Positions 1 through 8,562 of a DNA stretch of 34,288 nt are shown here, piece after piece. Every line of letters starts with the position of its first letter. Within the stretch, counting starts at the first letter, position 1. The notes beneath the pieces are model-generated. The model had not been told where the DNA came from. It saw only the letters and a list, made by a program, of their open reading frames with translations, and did no database searches. Source of the DNA: Candidatus Woesearchaeota archaeon (GTDB lineage: Archaea; Nanobdellota; Nanobdellia; SCGC-AAA011-G17; GW2011-AR18); assembly GCA_964524105.1 (NCBI GenBank), contig CAZGBX010000002.1, positions 3,653-37,940 on the forward strand. The letters run 5' to 3'. The translations under genes and the position numbers were made by a program.

Positions 1-1037
1 GCCAAAGTAACATCGCAGATTCAGAACAGATAGCAGCAATCCTAAAAGATTATTTAGTTAAGACAGAAGAAGAAGCAGACACTATTATCTTAAACACCTG
101 TGGAGTTAAAGAGAAAACTCAGACTAGGGTCATCACTTACTTAAAATCAATTAAAGATAAGAAAATCTTCGTTGGCGGTTGTTTAACTTCCATGGTAGAT
201 TTAACCAAGTACACTAACAACATAACTGCAACTTTCGACACTAATTCTATTACAAGGATCAAAGAAATATTAAATCAACACAACAACATAGAATCAAAAG
301 AAAAAGAAGACAGAATAAACCTGCCACAATTAAGAGTAAACAAAGAAATAGCAATCATAAACATCTCTCAAGGTTGTTTAAACAACTGTACTTATTGCGG
401 AACAAAAAAAGCAAGAGGGCACTTAAAATCATACAAAATAGAAGACATAAAACTTCAAGTAAAAAAGGCAGTAAAGGAAGGTTGCAAGAAAATTAACTTA
501 TCATCTCAAGACAACGGCTGCTACGGTTTTGACATAAACACAAACCTTCCAAAACTATTAAACGAAATAACAAGGGTTGAAGGAGATTATATAATTAGAG
601 TTGGCATGGCAAACCCTCAACACGTAATCAAGATCTTAAAAGAACTAATCAACTCATACAAATCAAATAAGATCCAAAAGTTCATACACATCCCAGTTCA
701 ATCAGGATCAAATAAGATCTTAAAACACATGAGGAGAATGCACACTAAAGAAGATTATATAAAAATAATAGAAGAATTTAGAAAACAGATACCAGAAATA
801 CATATTGCTACAGATATCATAGTGGGTTATCCAATTGAAACAGAACAAGACTTTCAAGAATCAATTAAACTAATAAAAGAAACAAAACCTGAAGTCATAA
901 ACGTATCAAAATTCTCAAGAAGACCAAAAACTTTAGCAACTACAGACTTAAAACCATTAAGAACAGAAGAAGTAAAAAGAAGATCAGTTATAATGTCAAG
1001 AACTATCGACAATCTCCAACAAAAGAATTACTCCTAA
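1..1037 (+). CDS. MiaB-like tRNA methylthiotransferase (MtaB/CDKAL1-like radical SAM), 5'-truncated by window edge
   Basis: Frame is open from position 3 (QSNIADSE...ILNTCGVKEKT...GGCL, the UPF0004 domain), upstream of the ORF-track start at 192. Radical SAM motif ISQGCLNNCTYC and HIPVQSGS are present. No C-terminal TRAM domain. Confidence 0.9.
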   Translation, partial: QSNIADSEQIAAILKDYLVKTEEEADTIILNTCGVKEKTQTRVITYLKSIKDKKIFVGGCLTSMVDLTKYTNNITATFDTNSITRIKEILNQHNNIESKEKEDRINLPQLRVNKEIAIINISQGCLNNCTYCGTKKARGHLKSYKIEDIKLQVKKAVKEGCKKINLSSQDNGCYGFDINTNLPKLLNEITRVEGDYIIRVGMANPQHVIKILKELINSYKSNKIQKFIHIPVQSGSNKILKHMRRMHTKEDYIKIIEEFRKQIPEIHIATDIIVGYPIETEQDFQESIKLIKETKPEVINVSKFSRRPKTLATTDLKPLRTEEVKRRSVIMSRTIDNLQQKNYS

Positions 1038-1407
1038 GTTTACATCTTTTCCCATTAAAACAATCAGAATTACTCAAACAACTTCCAATACAAATTTTAT
1101 TCAAACATACATCTGTCACACAATCATTAGGCCTTAAACAAATCTCACCACTTCTACCTGGCCTCTCACAAAACTTCTCAGGCTCAGTATCAAGTAACCT
1201 CCTACAAACAGAACCTTCTAAATGTCTACAATCATCATCATTATTACAATTCTCACCTTGGATGATTATCACTTCATCTGTATCAGCAAATAACTCATCT
1301 AGGTCTTCTACACTCAAAGAGAAATTACCTGTTATACCTCCACCTGTAAATAATAATATTACTGTTGCACAAAGAATTACTATAAAAATAATCAAATTAT
1401 TATTCAT
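1003..1407 (-). CDS. Membrane-anchored/secreted Cys-rich protein
   Basis: N-terminal hydrophobic segment followed by ITGN motif; C-terminal Cys-rich repeats (CNNDDDC, CLRPNDC, CLSNSDC); overlaps the upstream gene by 8 bp. Confidence 0.7.
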   Translation of the reverse strand: MNNNLIIFIVILCATVILLFTGGGITGNFSLSVEDLDELFADTDEVIIIQGENCNNDDDCRHLEGSVCRRLLDTEPEKFCERPGRSGEICLRPNDCVTDVCLNKICIGSCLSNSDCFNGKRCKLRSNSFVGDCR

Positions 1408-2323
1408 TCTTCCGGACTTCCACTGACTCTCCTCTAGTCACTGTGTGTACAGTCCCGAGCTCTTTTATTTTAAGTGAATAATCATTTGCATGGTTTCCGT
1501 ACACTAACACTTTATTACTTTGCATCCCATAAAAGTCATTTTGGTGTACTAATGCTGTTGCAGCTTTCACAACATCCTTCTCTGAATTTCCTGATACAAC
1601 CATGTACCCACTATCTGGAATACTTGATTTAGAAACATACTCTAAGTATCCTTCTCCTTTGTTCAATCCTAAACTACAACTTGAATCTCTTACAACTTCT
1701 GCCATAGTTTCAAACCTGCAAGGTTCTCCAACTAATATCAAGTTTCTTCCGCATGATGAGGTTTGTATTTCACTTTCTGGAATCACAAATGGTGCTCTAA
1801 ACCTTTTTTGTTGTAATGAAATTGCAATTAACCTCGCTGCATAAATCTCCTCATCATAATAATCATCACTTATAACAATACAAGTATCATACTGGTTGTT
1901 TTTAATGAACGGATAAGGCCATGTAACAATCCCTGCATTAGGCCTTGCACCCATAGCTTTTGAAACTAATATCTTTATCCTCACATCTGGAGTTTTTGGA
2001 TATTCTGCAGAAAGTAATTTAATTTTTAATCCATTAATATCACTTGCTTTTCTCATATTAATAGTTCCAGCAAACCCTGAAACTTTTAGAACAACCTCAC
2101 TTTCTCTCGGACTTCCGAAAGTTGACATCCTTGTTGCATCTTTAACATTAATTATACTAATCTCTCTTCCTAAAACTTGAACTTCATCTTCAAGTCCTAG
2201 TTCAACAACTTGTGAGCCTACAACTGCATTTCCAGTTATAGAATCTCCAAAACCACCTACAAAAAGAACTCCTACAAATAAAAGAATTCCAATTACTACC
2301 ACTCGCCTCGTTTTATTATCCAT
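1400..2323 (-). CDS. Putative S-layer-like/cell-surface protein
   Basis: Signal anchor plus ITGNAV; GIVTWPYPFI and NLILVGEPC motifs resemble archaeal S-layer protein motifs (LILVGGP). Confidence 0.55.
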   Translation of the reverse strand: MDNKTRRVVVIGILLFVGVLFVGGFGDSITGNAVVGSQVVELGLEDEVQVLGREISIINVKDATRMSTFGSPRESEVVLKVSGFAGTINMRKASDINGLKIKLLSAEYPKTPDVRIKILVSKAMGARPNAGIVTWPYPFIKNNQYDTCIVISDDYYDEEIYAARLIAISLQQKRFRAPFVIPESEIQTSSCGRNLILVGEPCRFETMAEVVRDSSCSLGLNKGEGYLEYVSKSSIPDSGYMVVSGNSEKDVVKAATALVHQNDFYGMQSNKVLVYGNHANDYSLKIKELGTVHTVTRGESVEVRKNE

Positions 2324-2387
2324 TATAGAAAATTTCTCTTTTATTATTATTTAAATGTTACTTTTTTAAAGAAATAAAAAAAGAAGC

Positions 2388-3203
2388 TCAAAGCTTCTTA
2401 TCTGCTGGTCCTAACTCATCCCAGGTTTTAGAAAACATTGATTCTAATGCACTTGCGAAGTATGGTGTGTTTACCCAAATTCCAATATCATATGTTGGAT
2501 GTACTTTCTCATCATGCATCACCATAAACATCAGATCTTTATTATCAACCACACAGAACCTTCCGCTCACATCTTGAATGTGCCTGATATCTGCAAAATC
2601 TTTCAAGTCCTTCACTGCTCCTTCACAATCTGCAGTTATTGGTGCTGCAATCTTAATGTTCACATCTTTCTTAGACAACTTTTGTAAGATTGGCTTTAAT
2701 GCATCAGCTTTTCTCTGTAACCCTTTAGTTGTAGTCATTATTGTCACTGACTTCTCAGCACTTTTCACCATAGTTTCTAAGTGAGCATATAAGTTATGTT
2801 TTCCTCTTACAGCTCCAGAAAGATCAGTCGCATCAATAAAATCAATACCTTGGGTATGTAGCCTTTCAAGCTCAGAAAGAACTTCACTTTTCCCTAACTC
2901 TTCTAACTTTCCAATACTTTCATTTGCATTTTTCTGAACAAGCTTCTTCACTCTTTCTACTACTTCTTTTGGTTCAACAGCTAAGTACTTGATTGGTTTT
3001 CCTAACTTCATTGTCACAAAACCTTTCTTTTCTAATGATTCTAATACATCATACGCCCTTGATCTTGGTACTCCACCAATCTCAGACAATTCTCCTGCTG
3101 TAGAAACTCCTCTAGAAAGTAAAGCCGTCCAGACTCTGACTTCATACAAATTTAAATTAAAATGTCGTCTTAGTTTACTTAAAAATTCTTCTTTTAATAT
3201 CAT
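2388..3203 (-). CDS. TrmB-family transcriptional regulator
   Basis: N-terminal wHTH LNLYEVRVWTALL...TAGELSEIGGVPRSRAYDVLESLEKKG; C-terminal effector/PLD-like domain (RFCVVD). Confidence 0.92.
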   Translation of the reverse strand: MILKEEFLSKLRRHFNLNLYEVRVWTALLSRGVSTAGELSEIGGVPRSRAYDVLESLEKKGFVTMKLGKPIKYLAVEPKEVVERVKKLVQKNANESIGKLEELGKSEVLSELERLHTQGIDFIDATDLSGAVRGKHNLYAHLETMVKSAEKSVTIMTTTKGLQRKADALKPILQKLSKKDVNIKIAAPITADCEGAVKDLKDFADIRHIQDVSGRFCVVDNKDLMFMVMHDEKVHPTYDIGIWVNTPYFASALESMFSKTWDELGPADKKL

Positions 3204-3342
3204 GGTCGATATAGCCCCCTGACAATCACCCTTTTTTTGTTACAAATAAGTGTCATAACACTAAGTAGTAATCACTTTATATTTAAACTTTGTTATTATT
3301 GTCATGTAGTTTTAAAAAACACTATGTATTGATAACTAATTC

Positions 3343-5063
3343 TCATCTCTGAGTTTTGAATATACGCTTCACATCATCTATACTATTTGGTACTTTCAGA
3401 TCAAGACGTACGTGTACAACTCTCGGGAATCTCAAAGCAAATCCTGAACTATAAGTTGGAGACTTTTGTATTTCTTCATAAGAAACTTCAATTACAATTT
3501 TAGGTTTTAGTTCAACAACTTTTCCTTCTTCTTTAATTATTAATGGTTTTAACAACTTAGTTATTTGTTCATACGATCCTTCATCACTTTTCTCTTTTAC
3601 TCCAGTACTTACTTTTCCAACTTCTAAATATTTACCTTTTCCTTTACAAGCTACAGTAAAAGATGATAACCACTTTGCTCTTTTCCCTGTTCCCCACTCA
3701 GCTTTAACAATTGTCAAGTCTAAGTTTTCTAATACTGGTTTTAATTTCACCCAGGTTCCAACTTTCCTTCCGCAAGTATATTGTTTGTTAAGACTCTTCA
3801 CCATAATTCCTTCAAGTCCTTTTGATAAAGCTTCTTTGTAGAACTTATCAATCTCTTTTACAGTCTTAGCTATAGTACCAGTAACATAAGTTAATTTATT
3901 CTTGACTTTAGGGATAATCTTAGTTAACAGCTCTCTTCTAGATTTCTGTGGTAACTCAATCAAACTCTTATTATTATAGTATAGGATATCAAACACTTGT
4001 AATTCAACAGGAAGCTTCTTCACCATTTCTTCAATTTTGTGCTTTCTTCTTATCCTTTGAGAGATCTTCTGGAATGGCAAATGCTCTTTAGTTTTAGCAT
4101 CTAACCCCATAATCTCTGCATCTAAAACAAAGTTCTTTCCTAATACTTTGCTTTTAACAACTTCAATTACATCAGGGAATTGCTTAGTAACATCCTCTAA
4201 TCTCCTAGTGAACAGTTTTATCTTCTTCCCATCATAATGCACTTCAACCCTAAAACCATCTAACTTATAATCAACTAAACAAGGTAAGTTAACTGACTTC
4301 GCTGCTTCATCCGCATTATCTAACTTCACTGCAAGCATTGGATTGATTGGTGTTCCTGGTTTAAGTTTCAAATCTTCTAAACCTCTGAAACCTTTTGCTT
4401 GAATTGTTTCTTGTATTGCAACAAAGTCACTTGTTAAATCATAAGCTTTCTGTACTGAATCTTGTAACTGATTATACTTCTCTCTTGAATCTGGATTTAT
4501 CTTTCCGTCTTCGTAATTAACATTTTGATGTCTCCAAACAATTGCATCTCTCATTACAGTATCTCCAACTCCAATTCTCAATCTTCTAAAAACAATCTTA
4601 CTAAGAACTTATTTTCTAATGCAGATCCCAAAGATAATAACTCTTTCATTAATCCGACTTTCAAATCAACAGAACCTTTTCCTTCCTGATCAGATAATTT
4701 TGTAATATTATCAAATACTTTTTTAACACTTAATTTCTTTGAGAATAATGTACTTTGTTTTTTACTTGTAGTAAGCTTTTCTGCAACTTCACCTAGGTCC
4801 CCTTTCCTTGCCCACTCTTTCTCAATATTCTCAGTTGAAGTTCCAACAACAGAAGCTAATGCCTTAATCACAAGTTTGGTATTCACTCCAGTTTTACTTT
4901 CAGAAGAATCAGTAAACACTTTCCCTCTTAACAATGGAATCACAGCTTTCAAATCATTCTTAGAGGTATCTTCAATCAAGTTAGTAACAATATTAGTCTT
5001 CGCTAACCTTTTAGAAGTCTTCTCTAGCTTATCAAAGAATTGGGATAATTTTAAATAATCCAT
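3343..5063 (-). CDS. lig: ATP-dependent DNA ligase, split by a 1-nt frameshift near 4580 (probable sequencing error)
   Basis: N-terminal DNA-binding domain (MDY...GDLGEVA...KFLVRLFLED, 5063-4578) continues in another frame as LRIGVG. Motifs KLDGFR, EGIMVK, WVKLK and ALRFPR are intact. Start 5063 is supported by an upstream TATA-like element. Confidence 0.9.
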
Positions 5064-5106
5064 TGTGTTAGATTTATAATGTGGTTGAATAAAAACCTTT
5101 TGGAAC

Positions 5107-5721
5107 ATGAACATAGATGATATAATTCAGGGTAGGAGAACAGTAAAGAAATTCAGTACTCGTTCAGTTAGTTTTGAACGGATTGCTGAGATTCTTGAAG
5201 CTGGTACTTATGCTCCTTCTTCAGGTAACGTTCAGAACTGGCAGTTTGTAGTAGTGACTGATAAGAAAAAGAAAAAAGAATTAGTTTCAATCTGTGATGG
5301 CCAGAAAGTGATTGAAGAAGCTCCTGTTTTAATTGCAGTCTTCTCTAAGGAGCAGAAGATCAAGACTTTATTTGGTTCTAGGTCAGAAGTTTATTCTACT
5401 CAGAACTGTGCGGCATGTATTCAGAACATGTTACTGAAAGCTTATTCTCTTGAAATGGGTACTTGCTGGATAGGTACATTTGACTCTGAGAAAGTAAATG
5501 AGTTATTGTCTGTTGATGGTGGGAAATTGCAAGCTATCATTTGTGTTGGTTACCCTGAAAGATTGAACCAATTATCTAGGGAACCTTTACAGTACAAAGT
5601 CTTCTTTGAGAAATGGGATGAGAAAGAAAGAGATATTGGTCTTTGGCCGATTTCTAAACCCATTTCAAGATCATTAAGTAAGTTAAGAAACTTCATTGAT
5701 AGAACTAAGAAACGAAGTTAA
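5107..5721 (+). CDS. Nitroreductase family protein
   Basis: RRTVKKF, APSSGNVQNWQFVVV, IQNMLLKAYSLEMGTCWIG and ICVGYP motifs. Confidence 0.92.
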   Translation: MNIDDIIQGRRTVKKFSTRSVSFERIAEILEAGTYAPSSGNVQNWQFVVVTDKKKKKELVSICDGQKVIEEAPVLIAVFSKEQKIKTLFGSRSEVYSTQNCAACIQNMLLKAYSLEMGTCWIGTFDSEKVNELLSVDGGKLQAIICVGYPERLNQLSREPLQYKVFFEKWDEKERDIGLWPISKPISRSLSKLRNFIDRTKKRS

Positions 5722-5759
5722 TCTCCATTTTGCTCGTTTTTTGTATTCAGGGGTAATAC

Positions 5760-6353
5760 CTATAAAAGCCCTCGTTTCTTTATCTCTTCATCAATTTTTT
5801 CTATAAACTTTTCATCTAAACAAACTATTTTTATCCCTGGAAAACTTTTGTCGAATTGACTAAGACGCTCACCAATTTCCTTTCCAAAATTAATAAAATC
5901 GCGGGTATTGTTAGTAACAAAGAAATCACGGCGATTCATCACATGGTGTAATAAAATTTTCCAATCATTATTTTTATTCAATAACGATTTTTGATCAAAT
6001 TTTCCAATGTCTTTTACTTCGGGGGAATGAATCTTTCTTATTTTTGACTCACTTTCATTTTCCTCATCAAAAGTCCAACCTTGGGTTTGTTCAATTAATT
6101 TAATAATTCTCTTTGGGTCACTGGAATATGGTAAGAAATGTGCACCCTTCTCTCTAGCACAATGTAGGTCAATCCAATTTAATGCTTTTTCACGGCTGTC
6201 AATTGTCTTTAAATTTTGTTTTTCAAAAATCACTTCCCAATCACAGTAAAACCTTAATACTCCTTTTGACTCATATCTCTCTAATTTTTTAATAATGGGA
6301 TTGTCTGGATCAATTACGTTTGTGTCAAGCGTTACTTTTATTAAATCCTTCAT
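5760..6353 (-). CDS. Putative PIN-domain nuclease
   Basis: N-terminal VTLDTNV, conserved-looking E, then DWKIL and DFFVTNN.RDF, matching the PIN acidic-residue layout. Confidence 0.6.
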   Translation of the reverse strand: MKDLIKVTLDTNVIDPDNPIIKKLERYESKGVLRFYCDWEVIFEKQNLKTIDSREKALNWIDLHCAREKGAHFLPYSSDPKRIIKLIEQTQGWTFDEENESESKIRKIHSPEVKDIGKFDQKSLLNKNNDWKILLHHVMNRRDFFVTNNTRDFINFGKEIGERLSQFDKSFPGIKIVCLDEKFIEKIDEEIKKRGLL

Positions 6354-6402
6354 AAATTTAGTAAAATTACTTAGTTTAAATAACTTGTTCTATCTTGAAA
6401 CT

Positions 6403-6446
6403 AAAAAAAAAAAGAAGGGCCGACACCTTTGGGGAAGGTATCAGCC
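6403..6446 (-). terminator. Hairpin plus poly-U terminator downstream of ftsZ
   Basis: Minus strand: GGCUGAUACCUU-CCCCA-AAGGUGUCGGCC forms a 12-bp stem with two G-U pairs, followed by CUUC and an 11-U run. Confidence 0.7.
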
Positions 6447-6534
6447 ACAGAGGGGTTGAAATAAAACTAGGGCAAAAGGGGGTTGCATAGAAAACAACGT
6501 GCCCTAATTTAAAACCATCTTTTTCCCAGAGAGC

Positions 6535-7602
6535 TTACCTCACAATGTCAATTCCGTATTCTCTTCCTACTGCTTGAGGTTGATTTTTAACTTGTGATTT
6601 TCCTACTACATATGGTGATTGTACTCCAGTAATAATTGTCATCACCATAATCTTTCCTTTTTGATTGTCGTCAACTCTTGCTCCCCAGATTACATTTGCG
6701 TCTGGATCTAGTGCTTCTGTTACCATTTCTCCAATTACGTTAATCTCGTCCAATGTCATATCAGGTCCACCTGTCACATGGATCAACGCTCCAGTTGCTC
6801 CGTGGTACGATACATCCAGTAATGGATTTGTCAACGCTCTTTTAGTTGCTTCTTCAGTTCTTCTTTCAGAATCTCCTTCTCCAATTCCTACTACAGCTAC
6901 TCCACCGCTTGTCATGATTGCTTTTACATCTGCGTAATCTAAGTTAACTAGTGAAGGCACAGCGATAATTTCTACAATTCCTTTAATCATAGTTGAAATC
7001 AATTCGTTAGCTACAGCAAACGCTTGCCTTACAGGTAGATTTCCTGCGATTGAACTTAGTTTATTGTTGTCAATAACTACTACAGTGTCACATACTTGTC
7101 TAAGTTGTTGCAATCCAAACTCAGCTTTGTCAACCCTTGCCCTTTCAATCTCGAAAGGAGTTGTTACTGCCCCGATAACTATTGCTCCTGAATCTTTTGC
7201 AGTTTGTGCTACTACTGGTGCTGCTCCTGTTCCTGTTCCTCCACCTAAACCTGCACAAACAAAAACCATGTCGGTACTCTTTAATGACTCTTTAATTTCA
7301 GAGATTTGTTCTTTAGCAGCTTCAGTTCCAATATTTGGATAACCTCCTGCACCTAATCCTCTTGTCAAATCTCTTCCAATTAGAATTTTTTTATCAGCAC
7401 TTACGATGTTTAAGTGTTGTTGGTCTGTGTTACAAGCAATTATTTCTGCTCCTTGTACACCTTTTTTGTACAACCAATCTCCTACGTTACACCCACCACC
7501 ACCGGCACAAAATACCTTTATGTTGGCTTGTCCAATTTGGCTTTCGTTGTTAAGTCCTGATTGTTCAGCTGTTTGCAATGCGTTTTGTATGATAAAATCC
7601 AT
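6535..7602 (-). CDS. ftsZ: Cell division protein FtsZ
   Basis: GGGGCN, TRGLGAGG, tubulin signature GLGGGTGTGAAP, NLDYADV and VIWGAR. Confidence 0.97.
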   Translation of the reverse strand: MDFIIQNALQTAEQSGLNNESQIGQANIKVFCAGGGGCNVGDWLYKKGVQGAEIIACNTDQQHLNIVSADKKILIGRDLTRGLGAGGYPNIGTEAAKEQISEIKESLKSTDMVFVCAGLGGGTGTGAAPVVAQTAKDSGAIVIGAVTTPFEIERARVDKAEFGLQQLRQVCDTVVVIDNNKLSSIAGNLPVRQAFAVANELISTMIKGIVEIIAVPSLVNLDYADVKAIMTSGGVAVVGIGEGDSERRTEEATKRALTNPLLDVSYHGATGALIHVTGGPDMTLDEINVIGEMVTEALDPDANVIWGARVDDNQKGKIMVMTIITGVQSPYVVGKSQVKNQPQAVGREYGIDIVR

Positions 7603-7636
7603 TTTTTTTCGTTTTCCCCCGTTTATTTATCTCTGA

Positions 7637-7837
7637 TATATACTTTGCAGTATGATAATGTATTTAACTAACTATCAACATTATTCCATTTAGAAAAGTT
7701 TCATACCGCCAATTTGGAACTTTACCGCCAAGAAAAGTTCATCTTTGTTTTTAACAACAAGGTCCGCCAAGATTTGTTGTTTCAAACCTTAATTCTTTTA
7801 TTTATTGGCTGGATTTATATACTTTCAGTTATGATAA
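7637..7837 (-). promoter_or_regulatory. Two similar BRE-TATA promoter modules facing ftsZ
   Basis: Minus strand TTATCATAACTGAAAGTATATA (7837-7816) and TTATCATACTGCAAAGTATATA (7658-7637). Confidence 0.55.
7695..7782. repeat. Three CCGCCAA (TTGGCGG) direct repeats, each inside an inverted repeat, upstream of ftsZ
   Basis: Copies at 7706-7712, 7725-7731 and 7764-7770; flanking arms AAAGTTTCA/TGGAACTTT, GAACTTT/AAAGTTC and AACAACAA/TTGTTGTT. Confidence 0.8.
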
Positions 7838-8057
7838 AATATATTTTAGAAAAAATATGGCTATCCTAGTGAGAACCTTGCTTCTAACATATGTTTATAC
7901 TTAAAATACAGCACTTATCTCTCTACCTTTTCCCAGTAACAATTATATAATTAATTTGATTAGAACTACATAGCAGAATGATTTCTCAGTGATAAAAACT
8001 AAAAGATTATTTCAATTTTCAATAATATTTATATAATTAAATGAAACTAAAAGTTTT

Positions 8058-8501
8058 ATGGTTAAAATTGAAGGTATGAATGGTGGTTATCGTTTTAGCT
8101 CTGAATCGGGAATGTGTGATTCAAGAGAGTTCTTTGATCATATTGGAAGATATAGGGATCTTCTGGATGCAGATCTAACTTTAAATGTCGATAGGCGTGG
8201 TCTAGAGGATGCTACATTAGTCCATGGTTTAGTTGAATGGCGTGAAGATTCTCGCGCTGTTAGTGTAACACTAGATGGTGGAAAATTTCACCCTTCTGTA
8301 AGTTATGGGGATGGTGTAAGGGTAAGTTATACTACTACTGGAAGATTAGGGCGTGCAATTGATGCAGGAATTAATGCTGATGGGACAGAAATGAATCTCT
8401 ACCTTGCTGAAGATTTAAAATCTTTTGAATTAGTTTCAACACTGCCACAACAAGATGGTGGGGCAGAAGAGGATGGGCCAGAAGGTCCGTTTGGCGATTA
8501 A
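8058..8501 (+). CDS. Hypothetical acidic protein
   Basis: 147-aa ORF with TATA-like TTTATATA about 30 bp upstream; no recognisable motif. Confidence 0.6.
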   Translation: MVKIEGMNGGYRFSSESGMCDSREFFDHIGRYRDLLDADLTLNVDRRGLEDATLVHGLVEWREDSRAVSVTLDGGKFHPSVSYGDGVRVSYTTTGRLGRAIDAGINADGTEMNLYLAEDLKSFELVSTLPQQDGGAEEDGPEGPFGD

Positions 8502-8562
8502 CCAGAATAATAAACTTCTTGACAACAACATTTATAAACAAACTGAATTATAATCACTTCTA

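Noticed and set aside
3219-3305. TGTCA/TGACA words and GTGTCATAACAC palindrome upstream of trmB as an autoregulatory operator
   Set aside because: Short and irregularly spaced; cannot be distinguished from chance without comparative data
5064-5114. ORF-track start of the ligase N-terminal part at 5114
   Set aside because: It overlaps the divergent gene and promoter zone; MDY at 5063 fits a typical ligase start
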